A stretch of 64,000 bases of DNA from Candidatus Beckwithbacteria bacterium GW2011_GWC1_49_16 (GCA_001029675.1 CP011210.1:256193-320192); one strand, 5' to 3'. Shown: positions 8,396 through 17,370, counted from the first letter of the stretch. Program-made: numbers and translations. The notes: generated from the sequence alone by a model not told the origin.

Positions 8396-8511
8396 ATTTG
8401 ATTGCCGAATTTTTCCATCAAACCTTTGATCCAAAAGTCGCCGGTGCGGGCCAAGGTGTCGTCAACGTCGACCGCTAAACCTTTGAGTTTCTTTTTCTTG
8501 AGTTTGGCTTT
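8389..8511 (-). pseudogene. Internally deleted 5' fragment of a second allele of the HAD gene
   Basis: 8402-8511 matches 7001-7110 with 4 mismatches; 8389-8400 matches 6823-6834. Confidence 0.9.
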
Positions 8512-8537
8512 GTAGATTCGGTTTATAGTGTTGGAAT

Positions 8538-10067
8538 CTATTTTTCTCTTTGCTCTAATGACAGGGTGCCAAAATTGATTTTGGATTTTACAGGACCAAG
8601 AGGTTGCTGCAATTTTTGAAATTCAGGCACAAACATATATAGCCAACCTGGGTCAGATTCGTAGATAGAAAAGTGGGTTGGTTCAGATTGATCGGTTTTT
8701 TCAAGGAGGTCACTGCCGGTAATGCCAACTTGATCGGCGCCAACCCATTTGGGCAAATAACCATATTTTTGCTGGCCATACCAGGAGTAAAGATAAGCCC
8801 AAGTGGTGTTGTATTTATAAGGTGAAGTTAGGGTGGAAATGGAGAAGTTTTGTTTGTCGGCGGCTTGATAAGTGTAGTCAACCAGCTCGAGTAAACGGGA
8901 TAAGAAAGCTCCGTTTTGCACGGTGAAGATGTTAGAGTGAGATTGTCTGATTTGTTGAGCTGACTTAATGTTGGAGACAATAAACAAGATAGTGATTGAA
9001 CTGAGGCAGAAGGTTTTGAGCCAAGCTTGGTTTAGTTGTTTGAAAAGTAAGTACGAAAGAATGAGATAAAGAGCCGGTATTAGTCCGGTTAAAGAGTAGT
9101 AAGAAGCTCTGCCAGTGATTAGAAACATCAGTAAGGGACTGAATAGCCAAAGAACAAAAAAAACTTTCTTAGATGATGAAAGCTTTTTTAACAAGAAAAA
9201 AATTAAGGCGATTAAAATCAAAACAATTGAGAGGGTGGGGAAGGAAGGCAGAAGGGATAATTGGGCTTTTTGCAGATAAAGATTATAGATATTTTTAAGA
9301 ATACTCATTAGGCTAGGTTTTCCCCCTTCGTTAATATAGAAATCGCTAAGTTGATAAACATGATTAATGAGTAATTTGAGCTGAGTGAGAATCATAGTGC
9401 TGATAGCGATAAAGAAAATGGCCAATGATTTGAAGAAGTTTTTTGTGCCTAAAAAGAAGAAGTTTTTTTGCTTTAAGGTTTGGAAAAGGTAGATAGCTAA
9501 AGCAAGGCCGATTAAGTAAGTGGTGTAGAGGGTGGTTTGAATAGAAATGCCTAGGAATAGAGCAGTGAGGGGGAGGAATTTTTTTTGTTTTTTAAACAAG
9601 GATTGCCAAAGGTAATAGTGGAAGAAAGGGACAGACCAGGTAGTTAAGCTGGGAGCGCCGAGCCATGATCCGACTACAGCAGCGTCAACCGAGAAAGCAT
9701 AAAGCACAGAAGCCCAGATGCCAACTAGGCGAGATTGAAAGATTGTTTTACTAATTAAGAAGATGGGGATGACGGTTAGGGAACTTAAAAGGCTTAAGCC
9801 TAAAGTGGGGATTAATGGGTCACCGTGGGAGAGGGTGTATAAAGGGCCAATAACATAATAGTATAAAACACCGCCGTACAGTCTGTCGTTGGTGCTGCTG
9901 CTTGAAGGACCTTGAATTTTTAAATCTTTGTTTTCAAGAATTGATCGTGAAACGATGGCGTCTCGGGCTTGTTGAAAATAAAATTCAAAGTGATTATCCC
10001 TGATAAGATACCAGCGGAATAAGAAGCTTAGAGTGATTAAACTCACCAGAATGAGCTTTTGCCTCAT
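8538..10067 (-). CDS. GT-C membrane glycosyltransferase (ArnT/PMT-like)
   Basis: Multi-TM protein with N-terminal QARD...GP...G.LYYY..P loop typical of ArnT/PMT_2 proteins; AT-rich. Confidence 0.75.
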   Translation of the reverse strand: MRQKLILVSLITLSFLFRWYLIRDNHFEFYFQQARDAIVSRSILENKDLKIQGPSSSSTNDRLYGGVLYYYVIGPLYTLSHGDPLIPTLGLSLLSSLTVIPIFLISKTIFQSRLVGIWASVLYAFSVDAAVVGSWLGAPSLTTWSVPFFHYYLWQSLFKKQKKFLPLTALFLGISIQTTLYTTYLIGLALAIYLFQTLKQKNFFFLGTKNFFKSLAIFFIAISTMILTQLKLLINHVYQLSDFYINEGGKPSLMSILKNIYNLYLQKAQLSLLPSFPTLSIVLILIALIFFLLKKLSSSKKVFFVLWLFSPLLMFLITGRASYYSLTGLIPALYLILSYLLFKQLNQAWLKTFCLSSITILFIVSNIKSAQQIRQSHSNIFTVQNGAFLSRLLELVDYTYQAADKQNFSISTLTSPYKYNTTWAYLYSWYGQQKYGYLPKWVGADQVGITGSDLLEKTDQSEPTHFSIYESDPGWLYMFVPEFQKLQQPLGPVKSKINFGTLSLEQREK

Positions 10068-10111
10068 TGAATGATTATAAAATTTTAGCTGGTTGGTTGC
10101 CAGCGGTATAG

Positions 10112-10194
10112 TGCTGGGGCCAGGGTTCGAACCTGGGTAGGCTTGCGCCGCGAGTTTTACAGACTCGTGTGTTTGACCACTCCACCACCCCAGC
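10112..10194 (-). tRNA. tRNA-Tyr(GTA)
   Basis: GCTGGGGTGGTGGAGTGGTCAAACACACGAGTCT-GTA-AAACTCGCGGCGCAAGCCTACCCAGGTTCGAACCCTGGCCCCAGCA, with long variable arm. Confidence 0.95.
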
Positions 10195-10225
10195 GTGAGA
10201 ATATTTTAGCAGATTTTGTTTGGGG

Positions 10226-10299
10226 AGCCGCCTTTCGGATTCGAACCGAAGACCTGCTGTTTACAAAACAGCTGCTCTGGCCGGCTGAGCTAAGGCGGC
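10226..10299 (-). tRNA. tRNA-Thr(TGT)
   Basis: GCCGCCTTAGCTCAGCCGGCCAGAGCAGCTGTTT-TGT-AAACAGCAGGTCTTCGGTTCGAATCCGAAAGGCGGCT cloverleaf. Confidence 0.95.
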
Positions 10300-10303
10300 A
10301 TAC

Positions 10304-10500
10304 AAAAAAATGCCCCACTCGGCCGATTTCTGGAAGTTGGTCCCCAGACAAAGTCCAGGAGGGGTAGGCTGAGCCGACGGCAAAAGCCTGTCGAGCTACT
10401 TCTCCGAGTGAATTTCATTCGGAGCTTTACGCCTCCCTTTACACAATCATTGAGGAGTAACCTTCCAGAATGTCAACGAGCCTCGTAGGGCAGGGTCACG
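10304..10500 (-). ncRNA. Structured ncRNA, 6S RNA-like rod with central bubble
   Basis: End pairing TGCCC(10311)/GGGCA(10488), TTCTGGAAG(10328)/CTTCCAGAA(10462), inner GGAGG/CCTCC stem across an unpaired bubble. Extended -10 TGATATAAT at 10529-10521 upstream and a T7 tract downstream. Confidence 0.5.
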
Positions 10501-10543
10501 ATGGATATCGGACCAAAATCATTATATCATGGTGTCAATAGCT

Positions 10544-11008
10544 ATGGCTGAAGAAGGAAGAGTAGAAAGAGAAGTTTATTTAGAAAGTTTGTCTCAGTCT
10601 GACCGTGAGAACTTAGGCTTGATAATGACGGCTTTTCTCGATTATTTAGATACAGAAAATCTTACAGGAGAACTTCTGGTTGTCGGTGGAAGCGTTGTGC
10701 CTGAAACTAGAGGCACAAAGCGTAAAGACATTGATTTAGTGCCGTTGATTGATAACCAAAGCTCGTTTGAGGATTTTGAAAAATTGGTGACTTTTTTTCG
10801 TGACAAAACAGAATTTATGAAGATAAAGGTAATAAGGCCGATTATTGACGAGGAGTTTGGAGATCCGGAGATTTTAAGACATGATGGTTCGTTTATCTTA
10901 CTGCCGGACGAGGGGACACCTTTTGAATTTATTAGAATTGATCCAACCGTTGATAAGGGAGATCGTTTTTTTAGCGTGTTGTTACCTAAAGCAACAGGTT
11001 CAAAATAA
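10544..11008 (+). CDS. Minimal nucleotidyltransferase (Pol-beta superfamily)-like protein
   Basis: LLVVGGSV........KDIDLV matches the hG[GS]x(n)DhDh motif. Confidence 0.6.
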   Translation: MAEEGRVEREVYLESLSQSDRENLGLIMTAFLDYLDTENLTGELLVVGGSVVPETRGTKRKDIDLVPLIDNQSSFEDFEKLVTFFRDKTEFMKIKVIRPIIDEEFGDPEILRHDGSFILLPDEGTPFEFIRIDPTVDKGDRFFSVLLPKATGSK

Positions 11009-11597
11009 ACTGGATAGGGGGCAGAATTAGGTTGATCGCCAAGGAGTTGCCGCCGATGGGAAGAATGAGCAGGATCAGTAGCAGCATGCCGTAGTCGCGC
11101 ATAAAGGAGTTATACTCGTCGGCCCAGTCCATCGGTAAAATACCGTAGAGGATTTTAGAGCCGTCAAGCGGGGGGACGGGTAGGAGGTTAAAGATAGCCA
11201 GGTTGACGTTGATGATGATCACCGGAACAAGTAGGGCAGTCAAAAGCGAGGCGGGGGCGAGTTTCATAATAAAAGATAAGACGACAGCTAAGGCGATATT
11301 GCTGGCCGGGCCGGCAAGAGAAATTAAGGCCGAGTCGCGTTTGGGGTGAGCCAGGTTAAAAGGATCAAAAGGCACCGGTTTGCCCCAGCCAAAGCGAAAA
11401 AGGAGTAACATGATCGTGCCGACTGGGTCAAGATGAGCCAGTGGGTTTAAGCTGACGCGGCCCGAAAGTCTTGCCGTGGGGTCGCCCAAGCGGTCGGCGA
11501 CAAAGGCGTGGGCAAATTCGTGGATGGTAACGGCGATGACCAGGCTTGCCGCCCAGACGAGAAAGAGGATAGGATTTGAGAGTAACTCGGTTAACAT
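10986..11597 (-). CDS. Site-2 protease family (M50) membrane metalloprotease
   Basis: HEFAH, SLAGPASN and FNLLPVPPLDG motifs. Confidence 0.92.
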   Translation of the reverse strand: MLTELLSNPILFLVWAASLVIAVTIHEFAHAFVADRLGDPTARLSGRVSLNPLAHLDPVGTIMLLLFRFGWGKPVPFDPFNLAHPKRDSALISLAGPASNIALAVVLSFIMKLAPASLLTALLVPVIIINVNLAIFNLLPVPPLDGSKILYGILPMDWADEYNSFMRDYGMLLLILLILPIGGNSLAINLILPPIQFILNLLL

Positions 11598-11629
11598 AAT
11601 ATAGATAGTATGTTATCATACTCCCCAAT

Positions 11630-11821
11630 ATGGCTTTAAAGTGTGACAACTGCGGCAAGGGAGTCCAGCACGGCAATTACGTTTCCCACGCCAAAAACCG
11701 AACCAAAAGAACTTTTAGGCCCAATTTGAAAAGGGTGACTTTAAAAATTGACGGCGCCAAAAAGATAATGACGCTTTGCGCTAAGTGCGTCAAGCTTTTA
11801 AAGAAGCGGGCCTATAAGTAG
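11630..11821 (+). CDS. rpmB: 50S ribosomal protein L28
   Basis: CDNCGK...[19 protein letters not shown]...CAKC. Confidence 0.95.
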   Translation: MALKCDNCGKGVQHGNYVSHAKNRTKRTFRPNLKRVTLKIDGAKKIMTLCAKCVKLLKKRAYK

Positions 11822-12384
11822 AGCCGGTTTTGTTTGATGTAGCGGGCAACTTTTGAGGGAACTAAGTGTTTGATCGACAGTTGGGCTTTGAGTCTTTTGC
11901 GCACCATGGTGGAGGAGATGTTGGTGACGATTTGCAGCGGGTGGGTTAGGGGTTTCATGCCCGGTTTTAATGGTTTTAAGGGAAAGCCGGCTCGGGGATA
12001 AACGTAAAAAGGCATGAGTTTGAGTAAGGTCTGCCACTGGGGCCAGGAAGTAAAGTTTTTTAGGTTATCAGAACCCATCAAAAAAGAGAACCGGTGTCGG
12101 GGATGCTTTTTTTTGAGGAAAGTAATGTGGTCAATGGTGTTGCCGGACATTTTATTATCAATGACACAGGTTTCGGTTTTAACCTGGCTGTTTTCGAGCA
12201 TTCGAGCCATGCTCAAGCGGTGTTTGACCGGAGCCAGATGAGAATTTTTGGCAAAAGAATGCTGGTAGTCGGGAAGCAGCCAGATTTGGTTGAGGTCTTT
12301 GATTAATTCAAAGGCCTGAGACAGGACTAGCTGGTGGCCTAAGTGGGCCGGATTAAAGGAGCCGCCAAAGAGGGTGACGTTCAT
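11812..12384 (-). CDS. nadD: Nicotinate-nucleotide adenylyltransferase
   Basis: [18 protein letters not shown] and ISSTMVR motifs. Confidence 0.9.
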   Translation of the reverse strand: MNVTLFGGSFNPAHLGHQLVLSQAFELIKDLNQIWLLPDYQHSFAKNSHLAPVKHRLSMARMLENSQVKTETCVIDNKMSGNTIDHITFLKKKHPRHRFSFLMGSDNLKNFTSWPQWQTLLKLMPFYVYPRAGFPLKPLKPGMKPLTHPLQIVTNISSTMVRKRLKAQLSIKHLVPSKVARYIKQNRLYL

Positions 12385-12388
12385 GGGG

Positions 12389-13084
12389 TTATTTTAGCAG
12401 ATGGGAGTAGCCGTTTTTGAATTGTTTGAGGCTGATCGGGTTTTTGCCCTCAAGTTGGACCATATTTTTAGGCAACAGCTTTAGTATTTTACCATTAGGC
12501 ATGGTTGTCCAAACCCCCGGCCAAGGATAAAAAGCCCGGATTTTTTTGTCGTCAACGCCGTGTTTAAACTCTTCCCAGGAAACAAAACCGTCTTTTTTAG
12601 TGAATTTGTGGCAGTATGGGGTAGGCGAATCTTTCGGTTGCGGCCTCGAGGTGATTTTGCCTTCGATATAATCGGGCAAGGTTGATATTAAAAGCTTAGC
12701 CCCTTCGGTAAAACAGCGCCTAAGCAGGCTTTTGACGGTGTCTTGAAGCAGGATTTTGACCGGTTTTTGGGCGACGATCGGGCCTTGATCAAACTCCTCA
12801 ACCATCTTGATAATCGATATCCCCGACTCTTTTGCTCCATTTAATATTTGGTAAGGCGCGGGAGTGGCGCCGCGGTAAGCCGGAAGAAGCGAGGGGTGAA
12901 GATTTAGCCCGCCGAACTTGATTTTCTCAAGAGTTTCTTGGGAGATTTTCTGGCCGTAGTCGGCCACGACGATCAGCTGGGCGCTTTTAAGGTTGTCAAC
13001 CAGCCTGTAACCGGCCTTTTCCAAGGCGCTTTTAACAATTTGCGAGTTCTCCGACGAGCCGAAAAAAAGAAGGTTAGGCTTCAT
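12389..13084 (-). CDS. fmt: Methionyl-tRNA formyltransferase (compact)
   Basis: LNLHPSLLPAYRGATP, FDQGPI and IRAFYPWPG; adjacent to def. Confidence 0.9.
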   Translation of the reverse strand: MKPNLLFFGSSENSQIVKSALEKAGYRLVDNLKSAQLIVVADYGQKISQETLEKIKFGGLNLHPSLLPAYRGATPAPYQILNGAKESGISIIKMVEEFDQGPIVAQKPVKILLQDTVKSLLRRCFTEGAKLLISTLPDYIEGKITSRPQPKDSPTPYCHKFTKKDGFVSWEEFKHGVDDKKIRAFYPWPGVWTTMPNGKILKLLPKNMVQLEGKNPISLKQFKNGYSHLLK

Positions 13085-13632
13085 ATTTTGGGAAAGTGTT
13101 CGGCGAGGGAAACCGGGTGGAAGTCGCCCTTTGTGTCGGACTTATAAAGCTGGTGGCCGGAGTGCTTCAAGTGATCGATGAACAAAATGCCGTTTAAATG
13201 GTCGAGTTCGTGGGCAAAGTAGGAAGAATGGGGCGGAGTCAGGGTTTTTTGTTTGAGTAAGCCCTTTAGGTTCATGTAGCTGACTTTGATTTTGATTGGC
13301 CGGTCGATAAAGCCCCAGTAATTTTCTATCGACAGGCAGCCTTCAAGAAAACGGGCCTTTTGGGGTAAGCTCGAGAGGGTTTTTGAAGAAGCTTTGACGA
13401 TTTTAGGGTTGACGACGATTTCGTAGCGTCCTTCTGGCATTTTGACCACAAAGATGCGGTAGAGCTGGTTAACTTGGTTTGAAGCCAGCCCCACGCCCAG
13501 GGGTTTTCCCCGGCGCGGCACCAGGGTTTTTAAAAGCTCTTGGCCAAACTCAAGAATTTCCGGGGTGAACTCGGTTACCGGCCGGGCTTTTTTTCTCAAG
13601 GCCGGGTGGGGGTATTGGACAATGGTGAACAT
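13081..13632 (-). CDS. def: Peptide deformylase
   Basis: GVGLASNQ, EGCLS and HELDHLNG motifs. Start moved to the ATG 6 nt after TATAAT. Confidence 0.93.
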   Translation of the reverse strand: MFTIVQYPHPALRKKARPVTEFTPEILEFGQELLKTLVPRRGKPLGVGLASNQVNQLYRIFVVKMPEGRYEIVVNPKIVKASSKTLSSLPQKARFLEGCLSIENYWGFIDRPIKIKVSYMNLKGLLKQKTLTPPHSSYFAHELDHLNGILFIDHLKHSGHQLYKSDTKGDFHPVSLAEHFPKI

Positions 13633-13649
13633 GATGGTATTATACAATT

Positions 13650-13865
13650 ATGGTAACTGTAGGTAAGAGACCAGAAGATTTACAAGCCGAAGATCAAAGA
13701 GACGGCTTTTTTGCCCGACTAGGCAAGAGATTTGGAATTAAAGTGTCCTCTCCGGAAGCGCGTGAAGAGGTTTTAAGAAATCCTAGGGGTTCGAGAGATA
13801 TAGAGGCTGGAAAGAGAGAGGGAGGACAATTTAACCCCCCAGGGGTGGGAGAGAGAAAGGGTTAG
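13650..13865 (+). CDS. Small hypothetical protein
   Basis: 71-aa ORF exactly filling the gap between def and the next gene; no recognisable motif. Confidence 0.5.
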   Translation: MVTVGKRPEDLQAEDQRDGFFARLGKRFGIKVSSPEAREEVLRNPRGSRDIEAGKREGGQFNPPGVGERKG

Positions 13866-15961
13866 AGTTCTTCCAGCTTGTCTTTGACGGTTTGGTTGGC
13901 GGGATTTAAGTAATCAAGGATGTATTGGTATTGAACGCGGGCCAGATCGAGTTGGCCGGCGTCTTGATAAAGGGAACCTAGGGCAAAACGGGCGGCTTCG
14001 TAGTTTGGTTTTAAGTCGATGGTTTTTTCCAGAATTTGTTGGGCCAGGCCGTTTTGACCCATTTGCACGTACAAAAGCCCTAGGTTGTAGTAGAGTTTGG
14101 CGTCGGTGGGCGAAAGCCTTAGGGTAGTTTCAAAGGCAGACAGAGCCTGCCCCCGGTAGTTTTCGTCGATGGTGGATAAAAGCAGGAAAATCTGGATGCG
14201 GGACTTCCAGTAGTTGAGGTGAACTTGGTTTTGTTGGTTGACAACATCGATTTGGGAGACGGCCTCTTTGACCATCTGGTCGCGGACGGTAGCGGCTTGG
14301 GTGGCCAAGACAGGGTCGGAATCGGTAAGTGTCTGTTGGTGGTAAAGAACGGCCAGTTTGGCGGCGGCCTCGGCGTACTCGGAGCGGAACAACGGCTCGT
14401 CAGGTTGGCTGTCGACGGACTGCTTGAGGGTGAGAAAGCCGTTTAAGATTTGGTCGGCGGCAACAAGGTTTTTACCGGTGTTGAAAGCGACGTCGGCGCG
14501 CCACATGGTAACCAGACCGAAAGCAAAGTAGGCGGCGGTTAGCCAGGCGGCGGTAAGGAAAAGGGATTGTTGGTTGTTGAGGGCTGATGGTTGAGTCGCT
14601 TGGTCGGTTTGAGGGGAAGTGAGGGAAAAAGCCAGTGCCGGCCACAAAAAGAAAAACAAAGACACGGGGACGACGGCAAAGCCGAAGAAGTTGGAGACGG
14701 ATAAGCCGATAAAGCCTGCCAGCAGGGCAATTTTCAATTCCCAATTTTCAATTTTCAAACTTTTTAGACACCAAATTGTAAACCAAATTTGCAGCAGCAA
14801 ATAGCTGCCTAAGCCAAAAATGCCCGTGGTAGCTAAAAAATTAAGGTATTCGTTGTGGGCTTTGTTGTAAAGAAAGTCCCATTCGGAAAGAAGGTTGTGG
14901 GCTTGGGGTTTGAAGTTGTAGTAGGAGTAGGCAAAAGTTTCTACGCCCGAACCAAACCAGGGGTAGGCGCGCCAGACATCAAGCGCCCCCTGCCAAACCA
15001 CGTTTCTTATTTCCTGGGAACTGGAGCCGCCCAAGGTAATGGCCGGAGGGGCAATCTCGTTTCCACCGTCCGAGGAGTCACTTCGTGCCACCTCGGAGGA
15101 GGAAACTTCAACACCACTCCGGGAGCGGAGAAACTCTTTGAAAGTGGGGGTCAAGTCGGTGCCGACGAGGCCGGCGATTAGGGCTAAAGCGGCGCTGGTG
15201 AGTAAAAACTTTTTCCAGGGAAAAGATTTAATTTTTTGCTTAAATAAAATTAAGATCCAGAAGACGGAGTAGGCGACGGCCAGCCCGGCCAGGCCGGAGC
15301 GGGATTTGGTGTAGAGCAAAGTGAGGTAGAAAGCCGTAATCAGTAAACCGTAAACGGTAATTTGTAATTTTGTTCTGGCTTTTAAGAAAAAGGCCAGGGC
15401 GACGGGGATGAGGGTTAAAAGATAGGCGGCCAGCCAGTTGGGTTGGCCCAGGGTGGAAAAAACCCGGTTTTTGACGTCCTGGATCCAGACGTGTTCGTCG
15501 ATGCCGAAGTGCTCTAAGATGCCATAGAGGGAAACTATCAGGGCGGTGGTCAGGGTGACTTTTAAAAATTTTTTGGTAAAGCGGGGCGAGGCAAGGTTTG
15601 AGATATAGGCATAGTAGAGGGTGAGGTAGCTCGCGGTGGACACAAGGCCGCCGTTGAAGCGGGAGTAATAGCCCCAAAGCGAAGTGTGGCGGTCGATGGA
15701 AAATACGGTTGAAACAAGTTGGGAGAGGAAAAATAGAAGTATTGGAATATCAAACGGGGTGCGCCTGAAAATCAAGCGCCGGGCGAGGATCATTTTGCTC
15801 ACCCAGGCGGCGGCGATAACCAGGGTGAAAAAATAAACTGCCAGAATCTTGTTAAACTCAAAGAGTTCGTAGTTAACCGGCGTTAAAATCAGGGGAACGA
15901 TGATGGTCAGAGCGTAAAAGGAGGCGCGGATGATTTGGTCGAGACGATGATTCAAGCTCAT
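13862..15961 (-). CDS. O-antigen ligase-family membrane protein with C-terminal TPRs
   Basis: STLGQPNWLAAYL, TKSRSG, PWFGSGVETF and KAHNEYL motifs plus TPR-like tail. Start 7 nt after TGTTATACT. Confidence 0.88.
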   Translation of the reverse strand: MSLNHRLDQIIRASFYALTIIVPLILTPVNYELFEFNKILAVYFFTLVIAAAWVSKMILARRLIFRRTPFDIPILLFFLSQLVSTVFSIDRHTSLWGYYSRFNGGLVSTASYLTLYYAYISNLASPRFTKKFLKVTLTTALIVSLYGILEHFGIDEHVWIQDVKNRVFSTLGQPNWLAAYLLTLIPVALAFFLKARTKLQITVYGLLITAFYLTLLYTKSRSGLAGLAVAYSVFWILILFKQKIKSFPWKKFLLTSAALALIAGLVGTDLTPTFKEFLRSRSGVEVSSSEVARSDSSDGGNEIAPPAITLGGSSSQEIRNVVWQGALDVWRAYPWFGSGVETFAYSYYNFKPQAHNLLSEWDFLYNKAHNEYLNFLATTGIFGLGSYLLLQIWFTIWCLKSLKIENWELKIALLAGFIGLSVSNFFGFAVVPVSLFFFLWPALAFSLTSPQTDQATQPSALNNQQSLFLTAAWLTAAYFAFGLVTMWRADVAFNTGKNLVAADQILNGFLTLKQSVDSQPDEPLFRSEYAEAAAKLAVLYHQQTLTDSDPVLATQAATVRDQMVKEAVSQIDVVNQQNQVHLNYWKSRIQIFLLLSTIDENYRGQALSAFETTLRLSPTDAKLYYNLGLLYVQMGQNGLAQQILEKTIDLKPNYEAARFALGSLYQDAGQLDLARVQYQYILDYLNPANQTVKDKLEEL

Positions 15962-16018
15962 TGCTGCCAGTATAACATGATACAATTTCTAATTGACCTA
16001 ATTTTTAATTAACCTAAG

Positions 16019-17068
16019 ATGAAATTTATCAATCTTTTTCGGCTGGTGGGGAGTGAGTTGGCGGTGGATTTGGGAACGGCCAACACGGTGATCTTTGTCA
16101 CCGGTAAAGGGGTGGTGGTGCGCGAACCGACGGTGGTGGCCAGGAGAAAGAAATCCAAAGAACTTTTGGCGGTAGGGGGCGAGGCTAAAAAAATGCTGGG
16201 GAAAAACCCGGAAGAGATCGAGGTGGTCAAGCCTTTGGTCGATGGCGTGATTGCCGATTTTGACGCGGCCACCGACATGCTCAAATATTACTTTAGACAG
16301 CTTAGCCAGCACGGAGGGATCATTCCCCGGTTGTCGGGGCCAAAAGTCTTGGTGGGGATTCCCTCGGGGGTGACCGAGGTAGAAAAGCGGGCGGTGCAGG
16401 AAGCCGCGCTTAGCGCCGGCGCCCGCCAAGCCTTACTGGTGGAGGAGCCGATGGCGGCGGCGATCGGTTCGGGGCTGTCGGTAGAAAAGGCCGACGGCCA
16501 GCTGGTGGTGGACGTGGGCGGCGGTACCACCGAGATCGCAGTGGTGAGTTTGGCCGGGATAGTCATCAACAAATCGTTAAGGGTGGCAGGATCGGAAATG
16601 GACGAGGCGATCGTCAAGTCGACGAGGTTAAAGCACGGGCTACTCCTGGGGGAGGCGACGGCCGAGGAAGTGAAGATGGCCATCGGCAGCGCGGTACCGT
16701 TTCCCAGCGAAAAAAGCTATGTGGTGCGGGGAAGAAATTTGGAGAAGGGTTTACCCAAGTCGTTGAAGCTGGTAAGCGGCGAGGTAAGAGAGGCATTGGC
16801 GGGGGTGGTGCGCGAGATCGTGGCGGCGGTGGCGGGGACGATCGAGGAGACGCCGCCGGAGTTGGTGGCGGACATTTTAAAACACGGTATCGTTTTGTCG
16901 GGAGGCGGAGCCCAGCTTTATGGCATCGACAAGGTGATTGCTGAGGAAACTAGGATGCCGGTGTGGATGGTCGACGACCCCCAAGATGCGGTGGTCAGGG
17001 GCCTGGCGAAATTACTCCGAAACGGCAAACTTTTGGAGCAGGTTAAGGTGACAAGAGGCTTACGCTAA
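16019..17068 (+). CDS. mreB: Rod shape-determining actin-like ATPase MreB
   Basis: DLGTANT, EEPMAAAIG, VDVGGGTTE and LSGGGA motifs. Confidence 0.96.
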   Translation: MKFINLFRLVGSELAVDLGTANTVIFVTGKGVVVREPTVVARRKKSKELLAVGGEAKKMLGKNPEEIEVVKPLVDGVIADFDAATDMLKYYFRQLSQHGGIIPRLSGPKVLVGIPSGVTEVEKRAVQEAALSAGARQALLVEEPMAAAIGSGLSVEKADGQLVVDVGGGTTEIAVVSLAGIVINKSLRVAGSEMDEAIVKSTRLKHGLLLGEATAEEVKMAIGSAVPFPSEKSYVVRGRNLEKGLPKSLKLVSGEVREALAGVVREIVAAVAGTIEETPPELVADILKHGIVLSGGGAQLYGIDKVIAEETRMPVWMVDDPQDAVVRGLAKLLRNGKLLEQVKVTRGLR

Positions 17069-17362
17069 ATTATTCTAATTACTAATTCCTAATTACTAAC
17101 TAAACACCAAAAAACCAATTACCAATGAACAAAGGGTTTGATTTGGAAGAAAGAACGGCTAAGTTTGGCGAAAAAGTGATACTGGTTAAATGCGCTACCA
17201 GCATTGGAGCCAATTACTGTGAAGCAGATGATGCGGAAAGCAGGAAAGACTTCAAACACAAAATTAAATCTTATTTTCAACTCAATTTATAAAAAGTTGT
17301 GAATTAGTTATTGGGTAATTTTGAATTTGTTAGAAATTAGATCAATTAGAAATTAGATATTG
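17069..17362 (+). mobile_element. Decayed four-helix-bundle gene flanked by inverted heptamer-repeat arms
   Basis: ORF 17125-17292 MNKGFDLEERTAKFGEKVILVKCATSIGANYCEADDAESRKDFKHKI... is an internally deleted TIGR02436/23S-IVP-like protein. Left arm is a CTAATTN-type tract; right arm is the complementary AATTAG-type tract. Confidence 0.7.
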
Positions 17363-17370
17363 AGTTAAGT

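Noticed and set aside
8260-8454. 64-aa ORF MARTGDFWIKG...
   Set aside because: Translation of the HAD remnant running antisense into GNAT; not an independent gene.
7784-10136. Prophage or ICE at tRNA-Tyr
   Set aside because: Only 2.3 kb, with no integrase, phage or conjugation genes.
10143-10367. ORFs of 74 and 64 aa
   Set aside because: They overlap tRNA-Tyr, tRNA-Thr and the structured RNA; no protein motif.
17125-17292. Diversity-generating retroelement (Avd-like four-helix bundle)
   Set aside because: No reverse transcriptase and no TR/VR pair. The 7001/8402 repeat differs at synonymous sites rather than showing adenine-specific mutagenesis in a C-terminal variable region.
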